From NCBI GenBank assembly GCA_965237955.1, contig OZ250169.1, forward strand, positions 1,856,001 to 1,920,000: a stretch of DNA of 64,000 bases. Reading direction: 5' to 3'. The notes under the pieces were generated by a model. The model was not told the DNA's origin. It did no database searches and saw only the letters and a program-made list of their open reading frames with translations. Numbering within the stretch: the first letter of the stretch is position 1; the number at the start of each line of letters is the position of its first letter. Both the position numbers and the translations under genes were made by a program. Shown in pieces: positions 54,150-64,000 of this stretch. The stretch is from Candidatus Marinacidobacterales bacterium. Lineage in GTDB: Bacteria > Acidobacteriota > Vicinamibacteria > Marinacidobacterales > SMYC01.

Positions 54150-55004
54150 ATGAGTATTCGGAGACGTATTGCAAGAATGGTGATTGACAAGCTAGCGGCA
54201 AGGGCCGACTGGGTTCGAGACTTCTGCGATCAATCGCGGGTCATCCAGGCGCCTTTCGCCATATTTCCACCTCACGAGAGTCAGCTTCCCGTCAAGACGT
54301 CACTCGTCCCACGAGATGGCGAGATGATTTCAGGTCAATTCGCCAAGCCGCTCTGCAACAACATGGTCGTTTTCGGCAACGGCGAGGAGGGTCGCGAGCA
54401 GGGAGCTCTGTTCATTCGAAGCTCCGACATCGGGTTGGTGCCCGAGTCGGTAGGCCGTTGGGCGCCGGACGGAGCCACCCACGTGCTGCTGACCACCGTC
54501 GTCGGTCTGACCGAGAGATTCGACTGTCTCGTGACCTATCGCTTCCTTACGTTCTGCGCTGAGCACTTCTCGACACCGCCGGCGATGGCGCTCGCCCGGG
54601 AAATGTCGAACCAGGCGTTCAAGGAAGTGAACGAGTTCGCACCGGAGCGAGCGGGTGCGGTGATCGAACTTCCCGAACAGGACTGGAAGAATTTTATTCA
54701 GCACCAGGTCGGCGCGATGGCGGCGCCGTTCGCTCTCATGAACTGCAGGAACGTCGTGCGCGAGACGGTGAGCCCTGACCACAAGCTACAACGTTCCCGT
54801 CGAAAGTCGGGCAAGATCCCGCTCTACAATTTCTCCACGCTGAAGATGAAGCCGATGGGTCGCAACGCGGGCGAAGCCGCGCGAGCGATCCACTGGGTGC
54901 GGGGCCACTTCAAGCAGTACACGCCCGACAAACCTCTGTTCGGCAAGATCGCGGGGCTCTTCTGGTGGGAGCCGCACCTCGCCGGCGCCGCCGTGGCTGA
55001 CTAG
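54150..55004 (+). CDS. Hypothetical protein with C-terminal H.VRGHF motif (mobile/phage-like)
   Basis: GGAG RBS; intact ORF; AIHWVRGHFKQY...WWEPH tail. Confidence 0.65.
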   Translation: MSIRRRIARMVIDKLAARADWVRDFCDQSRVIQAPFAIFPPHESQLPVKTSLVPRDGEMISGQFAKPLCNNMVVFGNGEEGREQGALFIRSSDIGLVPESVGRWAPDGATHVLLTTVVGLTERFDCLVTYRFLTFCAEHFSTPPAMALAREMSNQAFKEVNEFAPERAGAVIELPEQDWKNFIQHQVGAMAAPFALMNCRNVVRETVSPDHKLQRSRRKSGKIPLYNFSTLKMKPMGRNAGEAARAIHWVRGHFKQYTPDKPLFGKIAGLFWWEPHLAGAAVAD

Positions 55005-55041
55005 GTCCCGCCCTACCGCGTGCCGCGAATCGGTGAGAGTG

Positions 55042-55340
55042 TCACTTCTCCGAGATCGTCGCACCCGCGAGCTCGGCGATCGCCGCGAGCGTCGTCTGCC
55101 CGGCGTTGAGGCCTAGACGGAAGTCGTCGTCGGTGAACGTGGAGTAGAGGTCCGTCGGCTGGTGCCAGTTCGGATTCATCCGGCGCCGACGTGCGCGCCG
55201 CGGTCGTTCTCGCGGAGGCTTAACGCGGGCACGACGTTCATGAACGGAGTCGAGTCCGTGTTCGTCATGTGCGGCCCGACGGTCGCGGGATAGTCGGTCG
55301 CGTACACGTCGCTCGCCGCCTTGAAAAAGAAAGCAAGCTC
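55042..55340 (-). pseudogene. C-terminal remnant of an M28-like peptidase
   Basis: ATDYPATVGPHMTNTDSTPF..SLREN..G*, then WHQPTD..FRLGLNA in another frame. Confidence 0.55.
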
Positions 55341-55451
55341 TCGCGCTTCGTCGGCCAGTCAACCACTCCAAGGTATACCGACGGCGTGTTGTATCATCCT
55401 CGCCCTGCGTGATATTCGGGTCCAACCGGCCCTAGGCATCCGTGAGGTAAC

Positions 55452-56931
55452 GTGATGAAACGAATCATCGGCACGCCGATCCCGTGGCTCCTCTGTTTCG
55501 GATTGACCGCGTTTGGCACCTTTGCCGCGGCGCAGGAGCTGGACCTCGTCATCGAAGGGGGCCGCGTCATGGATCCGGAGACGGGTCTCGACGCCGTCCG
55601 AAACGTCGGTATCTCGGACGGAGTGATCAGAACCATTACCGACGAAACCCTGACAGGAATCGAGAGCCTCGATGCGAGCGGCCGTGTCGTCGCTCCCGGC
55701 TTCATCGATCTGCACGCGCATGGCCAGGACCCCGTCAGCAACAAGCTTCAGGCAGCGGACGGCGTGACGAGCGCTCTGGAGATGGAGATCGGCGTCTACC
55801 CGGTCGGCGAGTGGCTCACTTCGAGAAAGGGCGATGCCCTCATCCACTATGGCGCCACCGTAGGTCACTGGCCGGCGCGGGCCCAGCTCATGGATGCCGT
55901 CGCGCTCAAGCACCTTTCCCACGCTTCCGCCGGAGGAGCAGGCGAGGCTCAACACCGGCCAGCACGCGTACAAGGAAGCCTCCGAGCAGGAACTCGAGAG
56001 ATTGAGCGCGATGCTCTCCCAGGGTCTAGACGAGGGTGGGCTCGGGATCGGCTTCGGGCTCACCTATACGCCTGGTGCGTCGCGCGTCGAGATCCTAAGG
56101 CTCTTCGAGCTTGCCGCGAGCCGCGGCGTTCCGATCTACATCCACCTTCGCGGCGAGAACTCGGGCGGAACGCTTGGCGCGTTCCAGGAGGTCATCGCGA
56201 ACGCCGCGTCGACGGGAGTCTCGGCGCATATCGTCCACATGAACAGCAGCGCGGGCGAGCTGGCAAAAGTAACGCTCGGCATGATCCGCGGCGCACGAGA
56301 GCGAGGGCTCGACGTGACCACTGAAGCCTATCCGTATACGGCGGGCTCCACGTTGATCCAATCGGCCTTGTTCGACTCGTGGCAGGACCTCACCGACGAG
56401 GACTACCAGAGGCTCCAGTGGCCGCCAACCGGCGAGCGGCTGACGACGAAGACGTTCACGAAGTACCGTGCCTATGGCGGCTGGGTCATCATCCACGGGC
56501 GCAACGAAGCCACGAACGAGTGGATCGTCGCGCAGCCGGACGTCATCGTAGCGAGCGACGGCATTCCGTACCTCTACGGGCCCGCGCATCCCCGCGGCGC
56601 GGGAACCTACTCGCGAATCCTGGGTCACTACGTACGCGAGCGGGGAACGCTCGGTCTGATGGACGCACTCGCCAAGATGACGCTTCTTCCCGCGCGAAGG
56701 CTCGAGCGTGCCGCGCCTTCGATGAAGAGAAAAGGCCGGGTTCAGGTCGGCGCCGACGCCGACCTCGCGATTTTCGATCCGCGCACCATCATCGACCGCT
56801 CGACCTACACCAAGGGAGACACGCCGTCTGCGGGCATGATCCACGTTCTCGTCGGCGGCACTTTCGTCGTACGGGATACCGAGCTTGTCCCCGACGTTTC
56901 GCCCGGACAAGCGATCCTCGGCGGGTCCTGA
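55452..56931 (+). CDS. Secreted amidohydrolase (D-aminoacylase-like), frameshifted near 55915
   Basis: APGFIDLHAH, EAYPY, ASDG, HPRGAGT and G.DADL.IFD motifs. Confidence 0.85.
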
Positions 56932-57250
56932 TCTGCGAGCGATCGACGGTACAAATCGTAGATAGTGAACCAGGCGGGTTCGTCCTCAAAGGAATCGAAA
57001 ACGTGGCTATCCCATTCGATCAACTCGGCGCGTCGCTCCGGCGAGACGTAGAGGCCGGCGAAAGGCGCCCGGGCCGGTAGGGCCAGTGGACATCCGTCGT
57101 CTGGAAGTGTACCCAATAAGGCTCGGCCGGGAGCTCCTCGCGAAACTGCCAGAACTCCTGGTGAAGCTCCGCCGACGAAGCCGAATGGTGCTCCGGGCCA
57201 TGATCCTGCATGTAATCCACACCGCGCTCGAGAAGAGAACTGTGGGCGGA
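56928..57250 (-). pseudogene. Internal sulfatase-like fragment
   Basis: ERGVDY..SS.ELH..FW..PYWVHFQTTDVHWPY; no start, and frameshifted. Confidence 0.45.
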
Positions 57251-57523
57251 CGGGTCTAGGTCGTCGTTACTCGCGTCAACTGCGTTTCGACGCAGTACCG
57301 TATTGGCGAAGCGTTCGCTCGCGACCCGGAGCCGAACGAGCGCATAGATCTATGGCTGCCCTGACGCCGGGCGCGAACGCGCCCAACGGGTGGTTCTGGA
57401 ACGACACCGAGGCTCGCAACGAGCTCCTGTTCACTGCTCAGGCGACCTTCCTTCCCGAGCGAGTCGGTCTCCGTGCCGGCAACCTCTACAAGCTCATCGC
57501 TCGACATCGGGTAAGCTTGTGCC

Positions 57524-57955
57524 ATGGCGAAGCGTCTCTCGCTGGGATTTCTCACCGTAGCTTCGCTCGCCATCCTCGTCATTTTCTTTGTCGAGCTTCG
57601 AGCTCTGTCGTGGCTTTTCGCGGTGCTCGTCATGGGATTCCCCATCGCCCTAGTGACGTTGGCGGTGAGTCGCGATGGGCGGCTCGGGCGCTTGCGCCTC
57701 CCTCTCGTCGTGCTGTCCGCCATGCTCCAATGCGGTGTGATCGGCGTCCTGGCGTTCGATGGTTCGGGAATCACCGGCTTTTACGGATTGCCAATCTCGC
57801 TGCACTTTCTCCTTCTTCTGATCTGGCTTGGTCCTCTGTGTGTGACCACGTTGACGTATGCGGCGACGTTTTCCGAGCTCGGCATCGATGACGAGTTGCT
57901 CGGGCGGTTGAAGCAAATGCGGCGCGACCGGCACGTCGAACCTGATCGAACGTGA
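57524..57955 (+). CDS. Small multi-TM protein preceding an SSS symporter
   Basis: Four hydrophobic segments; overlaps the symporter start (GTGA). Confidence 0.75.
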   Translation: MAKRLSLGFLTVASLAILVIFFVELRALSWLFAVLVMGFPIALVTLAVSRDGRLGRLRLPLVVLSAMLQCGVIGVLAFDGSGITGFYGLPISLHFLLLLIWLGPLCVTTLTYAATFSELGIDDELLGRLKQMRRDRHVEPDRT

Positions 57956-59466
57956 CGGGATTGGACATACCGGATAGATCACTCATCATCGGAGTGGCGA
58001 GCGTCTATCTCCTTCTCGTGCTGATGGTGGGCCTTTGGTCGGCGCGGCGGACGAAGACGGCGAAGGACTTCTGGATCGCCGGACAGAATATAGGACTCCT
58101 GACGACGGGGCTCGCCACGACGTCCGCAGCGTTCAGCGGCTTCGTCTTCCTGGGAGGGCCGGGACTCACCTACCAATTGGGCGCCGGGTCGCTTTTCATC
58201 GTCGTCGCTGGAGGCTTCACCGCCGGGTTGATTTGCTGGGTGCTGGCGAAGCGTCTTCGGCTTCTCGCGGCGGTGCGAGAGGTGTACACGATCCCCGACG
58301 CCATCTTGTGCCGGTACCGCAATCGAGCTGCCTCCGGCATAGCCGCCCTCGCCGTGCTCGCGGGGACTGTTGCCTATCTGGGCGCGCAGTTTCTGGCACT
58401 GGGACGGCTCGTCGAGGCGGTGTTCGGGACCCGCGAGCTCTTCGGCCCGCAGAGTCTCGCGATCGCGGTGAGCGCCGGGGTCGTGGTGGTCGTGCTGTAC
58501 TCCTGCCTCGGCGGCATGATCGCTGGTGTCTACACCGACCTGCTTCAGGGATCATTGATGACGCTGGTGGCCGGCGTGGTGTTCATCCACGCGATTGTGG
58601 AGGGTGGCGGCGGCGCCCGCATCGCGGAGAGTATCGCGCAGTCGGAGGCGTTCGGAGCTTCGTTTTTAGAGCCTCTGGGGCGCGTCCCGGTATTGACGGC
58701 GGTGGGTTTCTATTTCGTGTTCGCCATCGGCATCCTCGGGCAGCCGCACATGCTCCACAAGTTCTATATGATCGATGATCCGCGAAAGTTAAAGTGGATC
58801 CCGCTGGTCGTCGGTTCCACGCAAACGCTCTGTGTGCTGATTTGGCTCGGTCTCGGTCTCGTTGTACCGGCATTGGTCGCGCAAGGACGACTCGCTCCTT
58901 TGGTGCAGCCCGACGATGCGGCACCGACCTATTTGCTGGAGTTCGCCCCGACGCTCCTCGCGGGTTTGGTGTTTGCCGGCATCCTAGCCGCGATCATGTC
59001 CACCGCGGACTCATTCGTGAACATCGGCTCGGCGGCGCTCGTTCGAGACCTGCCCCGCGCCCTGGGACGCACCTTGAGCCGGGAGCTTTTCTGGGGACGG
59101 GTGGCGGTCGTGGTTATCGCGGCGGCGGCTGGGGCGTTGGCGATACTGTCCGGGGATTTGATTGCGATCCTGGGTACGTTCGCCTTCGGAACGTTCGGTG
59201 CGGCCTTGGCTCCGGCGCTGGCGGTCGGGCTCAATTGGAAGCGCGTCACGGCCAGTGCCGCTATTGCCTCGATGCTCGTGGGCATCGTCGTCAACCTCGG
59301 GCTCGAGGTACTTGCGAGGAGTGGCGTCACCGTCTTGCAGCCGGGAGTGCTACCCACCGCCGTGTCCCTCGCCGCGTCGTTTACCGTGCTTTTTCTGGTG
59401 AGCTGGTTATCGACCCCCAAGCCGGGAGCGATCGACGACGACGTGGCGTTCGTGATGGATCACTAG
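57952..59466 (+). CDS. Sodium:solute symporter (PutP/PanF-like)
   Basis: FLGGPG, TIPD, GG..AGVYTD..QG, GQPH and AAIMSTADS motifs. Confidence 0.92.
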   Translation: MTGLDIPDRSLIIGVASVYLLLVLMVGLWSARRTKTAKDFWIAGQNIGLLTTGLATTSAAFSGFVFLGGPGLTYQLGAGSLFIVVAGGFTAGLICWVLAKRLRLLAAVREVYTIPDAILCRYRNRAASGIAALAVLAGTVAYLGAQFLALGRLVEAVFGTRELFGPQSLAIAVSAGVVVVVLYSCLGGMIAGVYTDLLQGSLMTLVAGVVFIHAIVEGGGGARIAESIAQSEAFGASFLEPLGRVPVLTAVGFYFVFAIGILGQPHMLHKFYMIDDPRKLKWIPLVVGSTQTLCVLIWLGLGLVVPALVAQGRLAPLVQPDDAAPTYLLEFAPTLLAGLVFAGILAAIMSTADSFVNIGSAALVRDLPRALGRTLSRELFWGRVAVVVIAAAAGALAILSGDLIAILGTFAFGTFGAALAPALAVGLNWKRVTASAAIASMLVGIVVNLGLEVLARSGVTVLQPGVLPTAVSLAASFTVLFLVSWLSTPKPGAIDDDVAFVMDH

Positions 59467-59490
59467 AGCCGTGCGTATGTATCGAGACTC

Positions 59491-60558
59491 CTACGGTCTG
59501 AACCGCACGTACTTCACCAACCGCTGGCGGCCGACCTCGCCGGCGTAGATGTTGCCCTGGAAATCCACACCGAGAAACTCCACGCCCGTACCGTCGGGCG
59601 CTTCGGAATCGGGAATGAATGCCGTGACCCAACCGGTCTGGACGTCTCCGATCCGGATACCGCGCTCCCACCCGGGGTTCCACTGGTCGTTGGACATCCC
59701 ATCGCCCGCATAGATCACGCCTTCGGTGTCGACGAACACCGTGGATGGTCGAGAGAACTGTGTCCACACCGCGAGGAGGTTTCCTTGCTGATCTAAAATC
59801 TGGACGCGGTTGTTTCCCCGATCGGCGACGATGAGTCGGCCCTCGGCGTCCATGGCGAGGTCATGCGGATCGTTGAACTTGCCGGGATCGCCGCTCTTCG
59901 ATTCCACGCCACCGCCCACTTCCAGGAGGAATTTCGCGTCGCTCGAGAACTTGACGATGCGGTTGTTGCCGCCGCGATGCCCGTCCGCAATCCAAATGTC
60001 GCCGTTGGGCGCCACCACGACACCCGCAGGTCCGTTGAAGTGGTTCGGGCCGTGCCCCGAGACGCCGGCTTCGCCCAGCGTCATCACCACGTTGCCATCC
60101 TGGTCGAGCTTGAAGACCTGGTGCCCGAGGCCGCGCTTGAGCCCTTCGACTTCTCGACGGTCGCCGGCCGGCGCCGCTTCGGTGACCCATAAGTATCCTT
60201 CGTGGTCGAGAAAGAAACCGTGCGGAAACGAGAACATCCGCGCGCCAAAGCTCTTCACCACGTTCCCGTCCAGATCGAACTTGAAAATGGCGTCCTGATC
60301 CGAGCTCGCGCAATGGTTCGCGCCGCACCTGGACAAGATCCACATGTGCTCGCCGTCGGGATCGGGGAAGATGCCGCTCGGCACTCCGAGCTTCCAACCG
60401 TTGGGCATCTTCTCCCAGCCGTGAACGGCGTGATACGGATTGTTGGCGACCGATTGAGCGGGTGAGCTCGCACCCCACGTCACGACCAGCGCTGCCATAA
60501 CTAGCACGAATACCCGAGTGGACTGAAACGTCACGACACGACCTCCTCTCTCAATCAA
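59491..60558 (-). CDS. Secreted NHL-repeat beta-propeller (PAM lyase-like); start uncertain
   Basis: F.FPHG, FNGP..V, IADG, FNDPH and VADRGNNRVQI motifs. Confidence 0.85.
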   Translation of the reverse strand: MIERGGRVVTFQSTRVFVLVMAALVVTWGASSPAQSVANNPYHAVHGWEKMPNGWKLGVPSGIFPDPDGEHMWILSRCGANHCASSDQDAIFKFDLDGNVVKSFGARMFSFPHGFFLDHEGYLWVTEAAPAGDRREVEGLKRGLGHQVFKLDQDGNVVMTLGEAGVSGHGPNHFNGPAGVVVAPNGDIWIADGHRGGNNRIVKFSSDAKFLLEVGGGVESKSGDPGKFNDPHDLAMDAEGRLIVADRGNNRVQILDQQGNLLAVWTQFSRPSTVFVDTEGVIYAGDGMSNDQWNPGWERGIRIGDVQTGWVTAFIPDSEAPDGTGVEFLGVDFQGNIYAGEVGRQRLVKYVRFRP

Positions 60559-62610
60559 CGGGGAGCCGCAACGCCACCAGCGACCCCGGATGCGTCCGGC
60601 TCATGATCTGCACCACGATGTACTGCTGGCCATCGTGCAGATACGTCATCATGCCGTACTGGCCCGGTGCGGGCATGTCGACGACTCCCAGGAGCTCGCC
60701 GGTCTTTTTGTCGATGGCGCGGAGTACCGGTTTCCCGCGCGCACCCTCGGCATGGATGAGGAGGCTCTTCGTGACCACGGTATTGGGATGCGAGTTTACC
60801 CCGGTGTTGGGGAGGTCTACTCCTTTTAGGGCTGGGTGGTTCTTGATGCGCTCCGGCGTGTCTCCGTTCGGGATCTGCCAGAGGTGCTAGCCCGTGTTCA
60901 TGTCGATGGCCGTAATCCGGCTGTAGGGCGGCTTGTAGATCGGAAGGCCCTGCGGCCCGTGAAAGTCTCCACGATTCGCCACCACCCAGTCCGCGACCGT
61001 TTTTCCTGTGGTCATCGGATCGTCGGGCTCGTCCATGTCGTGCCCCGGCACGATGTTCTCGGATCGACATCCGGTCCTGGAGGACACGTACAGGACCCCG
61101 GTCTCCGGATCCGCTGACGTCGGACCATAGATGTTCGTCGCGCCATTCGGACAGAGGACGAACGAGCGCAGTCCGGACGGGTGGTCCACCTGGATCGGCG
61201 CGTTGAAGATCGGCCCGGTCTTGTAGTTCTTAGTAATGTCCAGTGCCTCCCGACGAAGCTCGGGGGTGAAGTCGATGAGGTCGTCCTCGGTGAGCCCTTG
61301 CATGTCATAAGGCAGCGGCCACGTGGGGAAGGGCTGGGTGGGCGAGAGCTTCTCTCCCGGCAGGTCCGACTGCGGAACCTCGCGCTCCTCGATGGGCCAC
61401 ACCGGCTCGCCCGTCTCCCGGTTGAAGGTAAAGGCCCACGCTTGTTTCGTCGTTTGAACAAACAATCGGGGTCGGCCGTCCATCGACGGTGACATTCATG
61501 ACGACCGGGGCGGTGGGATTGTCGTAGTTCCAAATGTCGTGGTGCACCAACTGGAAGTGCCACACCCGCTCGCCCGTTTTGACGTCGAGGGCGAGCAGGC
61601 TGGTGCCGAAAAGATTGTCGCCCGGCCGGAAGCCGCCGTAGAAGTCGATAGTCGGCGGGTTGGTGGGAATGTAGACGATCCCCCCCGCTCCGGGTCGGCC
61701 GACATGGGCGCCCACGAAGAGACATCGCCGGTGGTCTTCCACGCGTCGTTCTCCCACGTCTCGTGACCGAGTTCGCCGGGACGGGGGATGACGTGGAACT
61801 TCCATAGATGTTTCCCGGTGCGCGCGTCATAGGCAAGGATGTCGCCCGGGATGTTCTCGGTGCGCGTCTGGTAGTAACCCTGCTCGTGGACGTTGCTTAC
61901 GATCACGACACCGTTCACCACGATGGGCTGCGACGAGCTGCTGAGGTTTCCGAGATCCTGCGGGATCCCGTGGTCGGGATCGTACGTATAGCCGGACTCG
62001 AGCCAAGGGTCCCAGTCGGCGACGAGGTCGGGCAGCAAATCCACGACCCCGCTTTCGGGAAAACCGGGGAGAGGCACGCGCGCTCCCCAGTTCTCGAGGT
62101 GTCGGCCGGTCTTGGCGTCGAGCGCGTGGAGAAAGAATGCATGGCTCGCGGTGAAGATCACTCCATTGCCGTCGACCTCGGCGTGGGCGACTCCCTTCCC
62201 ATAGTTATTCCGCATACCTCGCTGGTAGCGCGTCGTGTGAGACTCGCGGTGCGTCCAGATCGTCTCCCCTGTGGCCGGCTCGATGGCGATGACCGTGCGA
62301 CGTCGGCCGGCGACGGTGTACAGCAATCCATCGACATAGATCGGCGTCGACCGGAAGAGATAGTCCACGGTAGGTCCGTAGTTGTCCCCCTCCATACCCA
62401 AGCCTGCTCGAGGTCTTCGAAGTTCGCCGCGTTGATCTGGTCGAGGGGTGAGTACCGGGTGTGCCCGGCGTCGCCACCGATGTATCGCCACTCGCCTTCC
62501 GGGCTGCCGCGCTCCTGGGTGGCGGCCGGAACCGGCGCAAAAGCGATGAGGCCCAGCGCGAGTGGGAAGTACAACGCGAACGTGAGTGGACCGTTTGCTC
62601 TCGTCTTCAT
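60551..62610 (-). pseudogene. PQQ-binding quinoprotein (glucose dehydrogenase-like) with at least 4 frameshifts
   Basis: W..IGGD....[29 protein letters not shown] and MTYLHDGQQY motifs spread over several frames. Confidence 0.85.
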
Positions 62611-62702
62611 CGTTCGCTCCTCTTCACGGAAACGAGTACGACGAGAGCGAGTCTATTGATCCGCGGGCGCGTATTCAATCAGCTGTTCGCGGTACGAGAC
62701 GC

Positions 62703-64000
62703 TCACGGGGAATTCCTGCGGCGCACGATCCTTCGGCACGAGTCTTTGTTGCGTTCACTCTTGGGCACGGGGCAACGACGTGCGCGACGAAGCCGCCACG
62801 ATTGAGACGCCGCCGCTAGATCGACCGCGGTGACGGACGCCGCCCGCCAGCGCGTGATCTGCTGAGAGCCGGAATCATCGAAGCGGTGCACGCCCTTGAG
62901 ATCGTCATCGTCGAACAGAGCACCGACATACGTGTCCGCGGGCGCAAGCTCCGTGGGCTCGGACGCCGACAGCTCCACCCAGCTCGTTTCGTCTTCGAAA
63001 CGGTAGAGACCGCGTCCTCGAAACGCGGCGAGAAGGTCGTCGTCGAGATGCGAGAGAAGGTAAGGATCCCAGGGGGTTACTTGTGTACCGTTGAGCCGGT
63101 TCCCTTCTGCGACACCGAGATCTAAGGCGAAGTTATACCCGTAGAGGTTTCTCCGGAACTCCAGCGCGGCCTCCGGAGCGGACGGGTCGAACGGCATCCA
63201 CCAGATCCGCGGTTTGTGCAGGTCGCCGACGACAATCCATTGCGCGCCCTGACCATCCACGAGGTCCGCGATCAAGAATCGACCGGCGTAAATGAAGCTC
63301 GGGTCTTGGTCGGAGAGCCTCGTCCATCCGAGAGGCTTCCAAAAAAACCACACTCCCTCGGGTCCGAAATCGACGAGGAGCTTGTTCCCTTGGACCTCCA
63401 TCGCCTCCGGTCCCCACGTCGCGATCTGCATCCACTCGGTTTCGTCCCAGTACCATACGCCTGGCTGGGAGCGAAACCGCGCGACGAGGCCGCCTTCAAT
63501 CGGGAGAACCTCGGTCGCAGTCCATCTGGCGATGCGTGTCCACCCCGCGTCGTCGAGATGGTAAAGCCCCTTCTTCCGCTTGAAGGTCGCGAGAAGCGTC
63601 TCCCCCCGAGCGCGGACGAGGACGGGGTTCGACCGGGCCAGCCGAATCCAACCGTAGGCTCCGTCATAGCGCCACAGTCCGCGGCGACCGAAGTCCACGG
63701 CGACGGCCGGTCGGGGCACTTCGAGCAAATCCGTGGCGATGGGTATCGGGCATGCGGTTTCCGCTCCGGTCGCGTCGTAGTGCATGCGCCCCGAGCCATC
63801 GATGGCGAACGCGCGCTGCCCCTCGACCGTCAACACTTCGGGAATCGTGTTGTAGCAGTAGTTCATCACGCTGTTGGGATCCGAGGCGGGGATGGGATTG
63901 GACCTAGAGCCTGGGGTCCAGATGTGGAAATATCCGTCTTTGGCAAACGGCGAGGTTCTGATCCCCCGAGGCGGGGATGGGATTGGACCTAGAGCCTGGG
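62703..64000 (-). CDS. Large hypothetical protein (partial): Met-turn-like DPNSVMNYC followed by VDFG.xGLW propeller-like repeats
   Basis: Frame is open to the window edge; repeated (V/A)DF...G(L/V)(W/Y)....W..(L/I) modules. Confidence 0.55.
   Translation of the reverse strand, partial: QALGPIPSPPRGIRTSPFAKDGYFHIWTPGSRSNPIPASDPNSVMNYCYNTIPEVLTVEGQRAFAIDGSGRMHYDATGAETACPIPIATDLLEVPRPAVAVDFGRRGLWRYDGAYGWIRLARSNPVLVRARGETLLATFKRKKGLYHLDDAGWTRIARWTATEVLPIEGGLVARFRSQPGVWYWDETEWMQIATWGPEAMEVQGNKLLVDFGPEGVWFFWKPLGWTRLSDQDPSFIYAGRFLIADLVDGQGAQWIVVGDLHKPRIWWMPFDPSAPEAALEFRRNLYGYNFALDLGVAEGNRLNGTQVTPWDPYLLSHLDDDLLAAFRGRGLYRFEDETSWVELSASEPTELAPADTYVGALFDDDDLKGVHRFDDSGSQQITRWRAASVTAVDLAAASQSWRLRRARRCPVPKSERNKDSCRRIVRRRNSP
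63881..64000. repeat. 35-bp direct repeat, period 85 bp
   Basis: CCGAGGCGGGGATGGGATTGGACCTAGAGCCTGGG at 63881-63915 and 63966-64000. Confidence 0.85.

Noticed and set aside
63881-64000. CRISPR array call
   Set aside because: Only two repeats are visible, the spacer is long, the ends are atypical and there are no cas genes; kept only as an unexplained repeat.

Overview
GC-rich bacterial chromosome segment, most likely Acidobacteriota (judged from the rpsU sequence style, an acidobacterial-type VWA protein, and Ser/Thr kinase-TolB-N-TPR proteins; this is inference). The largely intact core contains purine biosynthesis genes (purD-purE and purB-purS-purQ-purL-purF), rlmN, rpsU, pta, a STAS gene, a UbiA plus four-GT4 envelope operon, GH20, rpiA, an osmoprotectant ABC transporter, nadE, an MFS-acyltransferase, a BON protein and a speA-speB-DHS-like polyamine operon. 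It is flanked and interrupted by eroded accessory zones carrying IS256, IS630, IS21, two ISL3 elements, two MITEs and many gene fragments. The best candidate for an undescribed system is an unannotated 20-aa ORF (MKVKTRIQSGSGGNQFNHYP, 2034..2096) with its own RBS and terminator, downstream of an ABC exporter C-terminus and surrounded by nested insertions that can be reconstructed base by base. Other notable items: a 31-aa Lys-rich ORF split by ISL3 right after a RiPP radical-SAM remnant, a standalone tandem PARP-type zinc-finger protein, an FHA protein with a signal peptide, a multi-hairpin element at 53.7-54.0 kb, and a 35-bp direct repeat at the right edge. Several single-base frameshifts could be sequencing errors. 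No database searches were run; all family calls come from motif recognition.
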